Source: Cyanophora paradoxa CCMP329 (lineage: Eukaryota > Plantae > Glaucophyta). From it: DNA of 64,000 nt. Positions 44,155 to 54,237 of this stretch are shown here, one piece after another. Every line of letters starts with the position of its first letter. Positions within the stretch are counted from its first letter, which is position 1. The notes under the pieces are model-generated. The model did not search any database. It saw only the letters and a program-made list of their open reading frames with translations, and was not told the DNA's origin. Position numbers and translations under genes: made by a program. The stretch spans positions 1 to 64,000 of the forward strand of contig QPMI01000435.1 in the NCBI GenBank assembly GCA_004431415.1. Reading direction: 5' to 3'.

Positions 44155-44889
44155 ATGCCTTCCAAACGCAAAGTTGGTGTTCCTGCTGGTGCTATGTCAT
44201 ATTCTGCATCCTCTGGAACCGGTTCTATTAACACAGAGCCCATGAAATTCAATGGTGTCAATGAAGTTAAAGCATCACAGCAACAGGAGGATCCCCTCAA
44301 TGCTGCTTACGAAGAATCACCAGATGATAAAGCGCCCCAGACATCCACAAGTGACCAGTTGAATATTTCGCCCGAAACCTCCAAGATGAAGGCAGTTGGT
44401 GAAGGTGCTCGTCGAATTATTGGTGCTGCTGATGACAAAGGACTGGGTCTCCAAGATCTCTCACTGGCTCGCAAAGGTGAAGGTGTCTCCAAAGAATCAG
44501 ACAAGGTAATTCAATCCATGGCTGGTGAGGTGACCTACAAGACAGCACCAACTCAAAACATCCACCGAATTCCCAAAGCCCAATGGGACGAAATGACTGC
44601 GAAACTTAAAGATCTGGAAGCGAAATCGAGTGCACTTGAACAGTATGTCTCTGAGAAGAAAGAGAGAGCGAAATTAAAGGAGATGCTGCGAAAGGAGGTG
44701 TATAGAATGGGAATCACTGGTCTTCCAGATAAGCAGTTCATTGGTAAAAAAGAGACTCAAATTGATGAGCAGGCAGTTGATGAGATGAAGACCAAAACCC
44801 AGAAGGGAACCATTGAACCTGGTGCTACCAAATCAGAGGTCGATAAAGGTGTTGCCCCAACAGTATATAAACGACGAGTTTGGCTATAA
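44155..44889 (+). CDS. Conserved coiled-coil protein downstream of ATPase
   Basis: AKLKDLEAKS...KERAKLKEMLR shared with 29619 and 990. Confidence 0.7.
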   Translation: MPSKRKVGVPAGAMSYSASSGTGSINTEPMKFNGVNEVKASQQQEDPLNAAYEESPDDKAPQTSTSDQLNISPETSKMKAVGEGARRIIGAADDKGLGLQDLSLARKGEGVSKESDKVIQSMAGEVTYKTAPTQNIHRIPKAQWDEMTAKLKDLEAKSSALEQYVSEKKERAKLKEMLRKEVYRMGITGLPDKQFIGKKETQIDEQAVDEMKTKTQKGTIEPGATKSEVDKGVAPTVYKRRVWL

Positions 44890-44916
44890 TTATCTCGCTT
44901 TAAGAGAGAGAGCATC

Positions 44917-45150
44917 ATGGATTTCTTGCGAAAAATCATTGAAATGTTTAATCTCCACATTGTGAGCAATTGTCACAGTGGTTGCTGTGATACAAAAGTC
45001 GAAATCGAATTCTCTGACACTGAAAGTCATGGATCTGGCGGTAGGCGATTATCCACAGACTCGGTGGATTTCGAGGAGCATATTAAAACAGAGACAGTGA
45101 GGCGACGCTCTGTATCTTTCACAGATCCGAAATTAAATCTCGGTAATTAA
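44917..45150 (+). CDS. Small Cys-motif protein (SNCHSGCCDT)
   Basis: Homolog of 1871 and 15747 genes. Confidence 0.75.
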   Translation: MDFLRKIIEMFNLHIVSNCHSGCCDTKVEIEFSDTESHGSGGRRLSTDSVDFEEHIKTETVRRRSVSFTDPKLNLGN

Positions 45151-45351
45151 TATCGAATGCTCAGTCTCTCTGAGATCTATGCTATCCTTGAAAGGAAATC
45201 CGCTGAATATGCAACAGAAGACGCAATAAAAAAGCGTAGACAGGAACTGGTCTCGATCTGCAAAAAATGACAAGGGATTTAAGGGTAAGGTGTGTTTGAT
45301 TGGTGAACCCGGACAAATTATTTTCTCGTCCAAATATAAGGAACATATCAA

Positions 45352-45579
45352 ATGGAAACTGAATCTGTGGTCGAATTCGAACTTGCAATGAGCGAAATGG
45401 ATCCCAATGAGAGGAAAAGGTTGTATGACCGCTTGTATTTCCAGAAACGTTATCAAGATGAGGAATTTCGTGAATTATATCGTAAAAAGGCACTGGAACG
45501 ATATTATCGCAGGAAAGCTGCTGAGATGGATCCCAATAATCCAGTCAAACGCCCAGTAGGTCGTCCCAGAAAATACTGA
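45352..45579 (+). CDS. Basic AT-hook DNA-binding protein
   Basis: KRYQDEEFRE...RPVGRPRKY. Confidence 0.7.
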   Translation: METESVVEFELAMSEMDPNERKRLYDRLYFQKRYQDEEFRELYRKKALERYYRRKAAEMDPNNPVKRPVGRPRKY

Positions 45580-45773
45580 ACCGCCCCCAAAGTCCCAGAT
45601 ATCCGCTGAATCCTTTTTGTTACCATGATCAATCGACTTTTCGATGGATCATTACCATATATCGAGCGCCAATCGGAAAACCCAAAGGTATTTAAAGGTT
45701 AGCCGCCAAAAAATGACAAGGATCCGGAGAAATTAATTTCTCCATTAAGTGTAAGAAGCCCCCGATTTTCGAA

Positions 45774-48137
45774 ATGAACGCTGCCGCCAAGAAATCCCTG
45801 AAACGCCTTGTTGACTGGCTTCGTGAAGACGATGTCCTGTCTGAGAATCTCGTAATTCCTGTTGATCCTGATACCAAGAGACCGCTTTTCGCTCATAAAG
45901 ACGGATCCTGGACTTGGGATAAATTCGATGAAGCCCTGAAATCCGGTAAATATACTGCTTGGGGCATTCTTGCTCGTAATATCATGGTTATTGACTTCGA
46001 CCAAGAGGAGGATTTCGCCAAATTCGAGGAGCAATTCCCTGATGATTTCGGTGGTGTTAATCCACTTGCTAAAACCAAAAAAGGATATCATGCTTATTTC
46101 GCTCGACCTGCTGAATTCGACACCATTAAGATCTGGGATAAAGCAGGTGCATTCAAAGGAAACCCCAAGATCGACTGCAAAACGATTGCATCCACTGGGA
46201 CTGCTGGGGTAATTAATGTTTGTCCCAGTCCCAACAAAACATGGATCAGAGAGCCATGGGCATCTGAGTGTGAGTTAAATGAACCCACTGCTGAGTTGCA
46301 AAAGTGGATTGTTGAAAACTACGAATTCCCCAAAGGTGCACATTCTTATTATGCAAGGTGCGCTGAGGAGAATTTGCAGAAACATATTCTTTCTAAACTC
46401 GAAGAATTCGGTTTCATCTTGCCCACAATCATCAATGAGACCAAGATGGGATACAATTTCACTGCTGAGAACAAAGGTCTGGTCTGTCCCTGCTGCAAGG
46501 GAAGCCATGACTCGAACAATTGGTATATTGTTCAAGGGAAGGAGAAGGACAAATATATTGTTTCGAGTTACAGTGCAAACTGCAAGAAGCGACTTATCAC
46601 AATTCGTGTGAAGGAAGAGACAGATGCGAATATCGAAAATCTGATTGATCGGTCTGCTGGATCTGATGGTGCCCATTATGATGTTGCACAGGTTGCCTAT
46701 CTTGTTCTGCAAGACAAATACAAGTATTCCAACAAGACCTGGTTCAAGTTCAATGATGTATGTGGGATTTGGGAGATGGATGAAACTGGGAAGCGAATCT
46801 TTCTCTGTTTGAGCTGCAAGGTCTGTCCAGTTTATCTTCAACGTTCTGTTCAACTTGCACAGAGAGCTCTTCGTGATGAAGAGAACCGCAATTCCTTGGA
46901 GGAAAGGTCAAAGATTCTGCTGGGAATTGCTAAGAGCCTCAAACAGACTACATACAGAACTGCACTTATGTCTGATCTTTCAGTTCTGTTCAGTGACAAG
47001 ACCTTTTTCGAGAGACTTGATACTGTTCCCAACATCATTGGGTTCACAAATGGTGTATTTGACTTGAACTCCATGACTTTTCGACAGGGACTCCCATATG
47101 ATATGGTGAGTAAGACTGTTGGCTACGATTACACCACAGAAATTGACCAAGAGAAGGTTGCAAAGATTAAATCCATCTATGCAGATATTATTGAATCGGA
47201 TACAGACCGCGAATTCATGCTGGGATTAATCGCCTATGCCCTGAGTGGTTTGACAGAAAATCAGAGATACACTTGCTGGACTGGAATTGGAGCAAATGGG
47301 AAATCACTGCTCCAAGAGTTGGTGAAAGACACATTTGGTGAGTATTATGGGTCACTGGACATGACATATTGGACTAAACCCAAGAAGAGTTCGTCAGAGG
47401 CTTCCCCAGAACTCGCTTGCATTCTTGGTAAACGAATTGTTTTCAGTAATGAAGCAGAAGATGGTGATATGCTTCAACTGAACAAAATCAAACAGGTTAC
47501 TGGTGGGAATGAGATGAAGGTTCGAGCTCTTTTCAAAGATCTTGTTACATTCATTCCCATGTTCCAGTTGTTCTTGTCCACAAATGACAACCTGGGAATC
47601 AGTAAACCAGATGCAGCAATCCAAAGGCGAATTATCTACTACCGATTCGAAAATGTCTTCAAGGTCGATCCTCAGCCTGGTGAGAAGAAAGCAGACACCA
47701 CTCTAATGCGCCTAATGAAGAATGATGACGATTATAAAATGGCGCATATGTCCATTCTCCTGGAAATGTGGAGAACCCATTCTCTCAATGAATTCGTCAC
47801 CAAACCACCCCAGTCCATTGTTGATCAAGGTGTTGAATATTTCAATGAGAATGACAAGATTGGAGAATGGATTCGTGAGAGTTATGAACTCACCAAGAGT
47901 CAAGGGGATTTCGCCACAAGTGAGTCCATTATCAGTCACTTTAAGATGGATCACATGGGCAAATCTGATGAGAAAATCACAGAATGCACTATCTTGAAGA
48001 GACTTCGCGAAGTCTTTAATGTGAAGGCTGAGAGAAAGCGAGTCAATGGTGTTCTTGCTCGTGGCTACTTTGGGATCAAAAAGAAGCATAGTCGCAAGTT
48101 GGTGGATGACAGTGATGTTGAAGGTGGGGATGAGTAA
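45774..48137 (+). CDS. Prim-Pol primase fused to D5-like SF3 helicase
   Basis: VIDFD and TKKGYHAYF primase motifs, CPCC..H, FTNGVFDL, GIGANGKS, FSNE, LSTN, AIQRR. Confidence 0.92.
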   Translation: MNAAAKKSLKRLVDWLREDDVLSENLVIPVDPDTKRPLFAHKDGSWTWDKFDEALKSGKYTAWGILARNIMVIDFDQEEDFAKFEEQFPDDFGGVNPLAKTKKGYHAYFARPAEFDTIKIWDKAGAFKGNPKIDCKTIASTGTAGVINVCPSPNKTWIREPWASECELNEPTAELQKWIVENYEFPKGAHSYYARCAEENLQKHILSKLEEFGFILPTIINETKMGYNFTAENKGLVCPCCKGSHDSNNWYIVQGKEKDKYIVSSYSANCKKRLITIRVKEETDANIENLIDRSAGSDGAHYDVAQVAYLVLQDKYKYSNKTWFKFNDVCGIWEMDETGKRIFLCLSCKVCPVYLQRSVQLAQRALRDEENRNSLEERSKILLGIAKSLKQTTYRTALMSDLSVLFSDKTFFERLDTVPNIIGFTNGVFDLNSMTFRQGLPYDMVSKTVGYDYTTEIDQEKVAKIKSIYADIIESDTDREFMLGLIAYALSGLTENQRYTCWTGIGANGKSLLQELVKDTFGEYYGSLDMTYWTKPKKSSSEASPELACILGKRIVFSNEAEDGDMLQLNKIKQVTGGNEMKVRALFKDLVTFIPMFQLFLSTNDNLGISKPDAAIQRRIIYYRFENVFKVDPQPGEKKADTTLMRLMKNDDDYKMAHMSILLEMWRTHSLNEFVTKPPQSIVDQGVEYFNENDKIGEWIRESYELTKSQGDFATSESIISHFKMDHMGKSDEKITECTILKRLREVFNVKAERKRVNGVLARGYFGIKKKHSRKLVDDSDVEGGDE

Positions 48138-48206
48138 ACAAAACAGAATCGATTCTAATACTGATTGAATTTCTTATTTTTTAAAAACCTTACTGTAAAT
48201 GGTTTG

Positions 48207-48339
48207 TGTGACAGCTGTGACACCTTTTTAATTGAGTGTGACGCCTGTGACGCCTGTGACGCCTATTTTCAAACTTTTTAAAATTTCAAAAATCTACAAA
48301 CCTCTGAAAACAGGTGTCACAGGCGTCACAGGCGTCACA
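48207..48339. promoter_or_regulatory. Internal iteron cassette, putative replication origin, 70 bp downstream of primase-helicase
   Basis: TGTGAC direct repeats facing GTCACA repeats across TTTTCAAACTTTTTAAAATTTCAAAAAT. Confidence 0.6.
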
Positions 48340-48491
48340 CCCAATTAACCACAGACTCCCCCCTGTGGGTCGATGACTGTTTCGATTCTTAATCGGACAA
48401 TATAAAAACGTATCGAAAATCGTTGTGTTGTGACAAAAATTGACTGGCGATTTAATGGATCGTTGCGTATTTCACTTGACTAAGACAGAAA

Positions 48492-48683
48492 ATGGATTAT
48501 TTTGATGAAATTCGGCAGCAGCTTGTCGAAAAGAATGATATTGCAGAGGTGGCGGATTATATTGCAAAGATCAGAGCAGGTTATGGTAGAACCTATCAAA
48601 AGAAGCGTGTTTATGCAAGCAGACTCGACACAGTGAATGTATATGTCCCCAAAGGCACGAATGTGCGAATTATCAGAACCTGA
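48492..48683 (+). CDS. Small hypothetical protein
   Basis: 63-aa ORF with AAAATTGA 49 bp upstream. Confidence 0.5.
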   Translation: MDYFDEIRQQLVEKNDIAEVADYIAKIRAGYGRTYQKKRVYASRLDTVNVYVPKGTNVRIIRT

Positions 48684-48739
48684 AAAATGCGAAATGCGTT
48701 TAAAACGCCCAAAAATAATATGTTCCCTTAAAGTAAAAG

Positions 48740-51310
48740 ATGCCCCGCCAATCAAATAGAATCATCAAAGAAAAGAAAAACGAAATACTCGGTCTTTTAG
48801 GAACCCTTTTAGTTACTGGTGATATTACAGAATTCGAATATGATCGCCAGGCAGCAATCCTGGATAGGAGACCAAGATTATCTCAACTCACAGAAATTAC
48901 TAATCGCCTCTATGATCGTTTTGAGAAGATGGAGGAATTCAGGGATGAAGGTTTAAGGTTGGGAACAATTGAACCCGAGATTGAAGATGGGGAAGCAATG
49001 AACAAAGCATACTCTTGGTTAACCTATCGAGCAAGAGGGGAGGTTATCCAAGATGGGATTGAATTCTTGGAGAGAATTGCACCCACTCTACCTCAGAGAC
49101 TCAGACAGAAACTCCAAGACCTGAGAGCAATTAAGACTCGGTTGACCTTCATTTGTAAGTTCACCAAAGTGAGTGATCCAAGGGTGTGGATCACCAAGTT
49201 CATTTATAGTGATTACTTTGTCATCACAAGATCTCGAAATATTGATGTTGAACTGCGAAATGCACTTCAAGCAATGCAGGAACAGATGATGCAGGTGGAC
49301 AGTTACAGACTGGATCGCATCGAGATGCTGAGAGTGGTTATAATGTCTTATGCTCCTGTGGGTGGTTGCTTCTTCTCAACACCTGAGTGGATTGGATTAA
49401 AGAGAGCAACTGTGAATGTCAAGAATATTGATGGTCAAGACTGCTTCAAGTATGCAATCTTGGCTTACCTGCACCGAAAGGACATCAATAAACACAAGAG
49501 CAATGAACCCAGCCAGTATAGAAGATGGTTAAACGAACTCAATTTCGAAGGCATCCAGTTTCCAGTTGCCTGTGATGCAGAAATCATTGATCGATTTGAG
49601 GAGCAGAACCCTGAACTGAGTATCAACATTTATGGTGCAGATAATCAAGCACAGTGTTTCTATCCTCTCCATCAATCCAGCAACCCGAGGAGAAAGACCA
49701 AGATTAACCTTTTATTAATCGAAAACGAAGAGGATGATAGAGGACATTATATCACCATTATGTCTCTGAGTCGACTCCTGAAAACCACCTTTGATAAAGC
49801 CCATGATGGTCGCATTTATTATTGTGAGACCTGCCTGTCTCGTTTCAGAACTCAGGAGAAGCTGGACATTCACTTAGAAGCCAATCGCTGCATTGATTGG
49901 AGGGAGAGCAAAGGTAAATGCCCGAAATCTGGAAGTCACATTGCATTTGGGCTTCAACACCTTCGCAAAACTGTGTGGCTTCCCACTATCTGCTATGTAA
50001 AAATGGATAGTCACTCGGTTCCAATTGATGAGAACCGCAGTAAAAGAGCGGTCAAATCGGTTTCTTTAACAGTTGTGATGGGGGATGAGGTGATCTCTCA
50101 TTATTTCGAGGGATCAGATCCACTTGGTGCTCTGTTTACCACTCTCACAGAGATCAGACCCCAAGTAATCCGCACTCTATTCACCAATATTCCAATGCAC
50201 CCACTCACAGAAGAGCAGAAAGCACAATACAAGATCACTAAACACTGTTATATCTGTGCTGAACGATTTACCCATGAGAATTTCCCAGTAAGAGACCATT
50301 GTCATCAATCAGGAGCTTTTATTGGAAAAGCATGCCGAAACTGCAACCTCCACAGGAGAATCTCAAAGCAAACGAAAGTAGCAATTGTGGTGGATCACAT
50401 GGATGAATGTGGACACGAAATATTCCGCAAAATTGCACAGCAAGATGATAAACTTCGTGTTGAGATCCTGAGCAAGAATTTCGATCAATACCTCTCCCTG
50501 CAATGGGGCATGTGGAAATTCATAGATGCTTCGCACTTCATGGACTTCCAGGCAGTGGATTCTGGTGATCTTATGAGTAAATTCCAGACTTTCCGAGAAT
50601 TGGCGTTTTCCCAATATGGATTGGATCCTGCCCACTATGTTTCGGCTCCTGGATTATCCTGGGATGCAATGCTCATTTATACCAGAGCAAAGATCGAGCA
50701 GATCAGTGATGTAGGGCAATACGAATTCATTGAGAGAGCAATTCGAGGTGGGTTTGCTACAATGCCTACTCGATATGCAAAGGTGGAAAACCCAGATGAC
50801 CATATAGTTCTCTTGGATGCAAATAATCTGTATGGTTTTGCTCTCAGTCAAGAACTGCCCATTGGAGATTTTCGATGGGAAGATGTCTCAGAGGCACTTA
50901 AAGAGACCCAAGGACGAAGTGCCTTTATTGAAGTTGACCTGGAATACCCACAAACTCTCACAGATCATTACGATTTTCCACTTGTAGTTAATAAAGAACA
51001 TGTCACCACCGAAATGCTGGGTGGGTATCAAAGAAAGTTACTGGATATCACAGGTGAGAAGATAAGCAAAGACCCCAAACTCACTGCAACATTCTCACCC
51101 AAAAATAACTATGTGATTTCCCAACCTCTCTTGATCTATCTTGTGAGCAAAGGTATTATAATCACGAAGGTTCACAGGGTTCTCTCATTTGCAACCTCTG
51201 CATTCATGAAGAGTTATATTGATCTAAATACGAAACTGAGGCGCCAATCTATGTCCAGATTCGAGAGTGACTTCTTTAAATTAATGAACAATGCAATCTA
51301 TGGTATATAG
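48740..51310 (+). pseudogene. polB: Protein-primed PolB truncated immediately after motif B
   Basis: DCFKY...GHY, RDHCH endoVII-like insert, LDANNLYG, ends KLMNNAIYGI*; motif C and thumb missing. Confidence 0.88.
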
Positions 51311-52210
51311 ATACTCAATCGATTTCTTGAATCTCTGATCCTCCATATTCACTATCTCTTTGTAGTGGGCTTCTGTGGTCTCTGCTGGTTTTCTCTTGGT
51401 TGCAGAGTGAATGGTATTATTATAATTATACTCAATATCACCCAACACATCAAAAAATCGTGCAGTATTATTTGCAATGCAGTAGTTTGTGATCAATCTC
51501 TTGATCTGTCTGTTAAAGGCTTCAATTCGACCTTGGGTTCTGTGATCTGCAACATCACTTAGTTGATGCTCAATGAATTTTGTTCCCAAATAATCTGTGA
51601 ACAACACATTGGTAAATTCGCTTCCACTGTCACTCTGAATGCGAACAATTGGTCTGGGGACTCTCTGTTCAAGTTGCTTGAATGCTGCAAGTGTAGTAAG
51701 AGCACTCTTGTCTCTCATTGGAATTATGAACCCTGTTCTCAGGGTTGACTCCATTGCACTCATAAATGTATCATAACCATCATTCTGCTTTTTGTATGCA
51801 GGAAAGAAGAGCAGATCAATCACATAGGTATCAAGGGGTTGCCTTATTGGAATCATGGGATCTCTCTTTCGAGATAGGGTGGGTGCATTAATCTGGACGA
51901 CCTCCTGCTTATCATACCACTCTCTCATCTTCTTGTAGTTCTCCTCTGGTAGTTCCTGTCTCATTGCAGTAAATCCCTTGTAGCCTGTCCTGGGATCATA
52001 GAACTTCTTAGCAATCTTCGACTCTTTTGGTGCTGTCTCAGCTGGGAGGGTCTCTGGGATTAATTGCTTGACCATCTCTGATCTTTTCAATATTCGACTG
52101 CTCTTCTCCTCCACTGGAACTGTGATGGGCAGGATATTCCCTCGATCTTCAATTGCCTCTTTTCTTACAATTCTGGGTGGTTGTCTCAATCCTATTTGTG
52201 TAGAAGGCAT
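51308..52210 (-). pseudogene. rve integrase N-terminal and catalytic part (inverted segment)
   Basis: YVIDL, QSDSGSEF, GRIEAFNR, YNNTIHS; homologous to 12174 gene. Confidence 0.85.
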
Positions 52211-52308
52211 CTTTACCTTATCTCTCATATAATAAATGCAAGAGTCTGTGTGGAAGGAGAACACAATTCCAAACTACTTTGCAATTGAGCCCAATGATCC
52301 AGGATTAA

Positions 52309-52806
52309 GATGCCCTGAAACCTGGAATGTTTGTGAGAGTGAAAGTTGAAAAGAATCCATTTGCAAAGCAAGGGGTTAATTGGTCTCGAATTGTTTATAG
52401 TGTGGAGGGCAGAGAGGGCTTCAAGTTCAGAATCAGAAGTCCCAGTGGTGAGATAGTTGATGGTAGATTCGCTTTTCATGAACTGCTGCCCATTAAAGGT
52501 GTTGAGTATCATGAAACTCCCACAGTGGATGCTCTTGAACAGGCAAAGGAGGAAGCCAGGGTTGATTCAGCAATCAGAAAGGAGGGCATAGAAAAAGCAA
52601 GTGAAATACCAAAAGAACCCCTCACAGAAGCAAGAGCACAAAAGAAGGGTAGAGTAGAGAAAGAATTAAAGAAGTTGACCATAGCAGGAACCCAGAAATT
52701 ATCAGAAGTCAACAGTCAGAGGTGGTATAATGACTTTTCAACCACCAAAGAAACATATACTGCACCCCAAACTCGATTCAATCTACGAAGAGGGCAGAGG
52801 AAATAG
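52309..52806 (+). pseudogene. rve integrase C-terminal part
   Basis: DALKPGMFVRV...LTIAGTQKLSEVNSQRWY matches the C-half of 12174 gene. Confidence 0.85.
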
Positions 52807-52807
52807 A

Positions 52808-53050
52808 TTAACAACGCTTTCGGAATCTCTTAGACCTCTGGCGAATTTTCCTCATTTGTCTATCTTTTTCAATAATTTCCAAGAAGAAAGTTTCAAGGTT
52901 TGAGACCAGTTGGTAATTATAAACAAAGAACAGTCTCACATGCTCTGGCTGTGACATGAAGAAATTGTAATAGAAAGCAGTCTTGAAATCATGGATCCAG
53001 TCTGACTGGGCAGCATGGATGATAGCAGGGTCTTGGTAGATGGGATCCAT
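52808..53050 (-). CDS. Small hypothetical protein
   Basis: ATG at 53050 with AAAATTGA 33 bp upstream on minus strand. Confidence 0.5.
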   Translation of the reverse strand: MDPIYQDPAIIHAAQSDWIHDFKTAFYYNFFMSQPEHVRLFFVYNYQLVSNLETFFLEIIEKDRQMRKIRQRSKRFRKRC

Positions 53051-53210
53051 AGCAGAAGTTGGGAGAATCCAGAAACTCCTTGTCAATTTTTTATTTTGTA
53101 AGTGCCCGATCACGACGAATCCTGATTGGCGCTATCGTGGCGATTCCGAATCTGTTTTCAGATTTAAAAACGGAGCACCTGGTAATAAAATACATATGTA
53201 TGACCGATAT

Positions 53211-53343
53211 TGAAGTTTCGGTGAAGTTTCGGTGAAGTTTCGGTGAAGTTTCGGTGAAGTTTCGGTGAAGTTTCGGAAAAGTTTCGGTGAAGTTTCGGTG
53301 AAGTTTCGGTGAAGTTTCGGTGGAGTTTCGGTGAAGTTTCGGT
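53211..53343 (+). repeat. 11-bp tandem repeat (TGAAGTTTCGG), about 12 copies
   Basis: Direct reading. Confidence 0.95.
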
Positions 53344-53369
53344 CAATCGGATAATTCTATGAATCGCAA

Positions 53370-53785
53370 AATGGTTGCGCGTCATCGCAACCATCATCGC
53401 AACCATGGTTGCATCATCGCAACCATCATCGCAACCATGGTTGCATCATCGCAACCAGGTTGCGCAACCACTCAATGGGAAAAAAATTGGTTGCGCAACC
53501 ACTCAATCGGAAAAAAATTGGTTGCGCAACCTGGTTGCGCAACCAGCGCAAGCGGCGGCCCCGTGCCTGGAAGAGGCGACCGGCCTCGTCGCCGACCTCC
53601 GGGTCGACGGCGTCCCCTACGAGCGCCTCGCCGCGGCGCCGCGCCTCGCCCGGGTCGGGGTCGTCGTCCACCCGGGCGACGGGTGGGGGCGCCTCGCCGA
53701 GGGCCTCGCGCGGGCGAACGAGGTCGACCTCTGCGTCGCGCGCGTCGAATCGCACGAAAACTCGTTTGAACGATGTTGCGCAACC
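53370..53785. repeat. CATCGCAACC / palindromic GGTTGCGCAACC repeats enclosing a GC-rich foreign fragment (53546-53747)
   Basis: Direct reading; abrupt composition change. Confidence 0.8.
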
Positions 53786-54237
53786 ATTATGACGTCATGA
53801 CATCACTTGTTTCATCATATATATATATACCATACATTTCGTGTGACACTGAGCCCCCCGAGTTGGCGACCGACCAATCCGCGATTTTGTGGTCAAAATG
53901 TATATATGCGCATATATACTTGACGGTTCGCGTTACTACTGTCGGCATCGCCTAACGTTCCCACTGTGGGGCTGTCGGCATCTTCAAACGCTTGTATCTC
54001 ACCACCAGATCATCAGATCGCGACCGTCGACATAGCGCTGGAAAGCGCTTAAAAAGACCTACACGATGGTGTAGGTATCAAGTATATATACGTATATATT
54101 TCATACATATATTTCGAAAAAACGATTTATCGGCTACTTTCTAATGTAAGGAACATACAGTAAAATAATGCAAAATACAGTAGCTACTGTAAAAAAAGCC
54201 ATAATCTGGTGCACCATACATCAGAAGTCCTGATGTA

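Noticed and set aside
53164-53800. ORFs over the 11-bp and GCAACC repeats as real genes
   Set aside because: Low-complexity repeat translations; only the inner GC-rich fragment looks coding-derived, and it lacks its own start and stop
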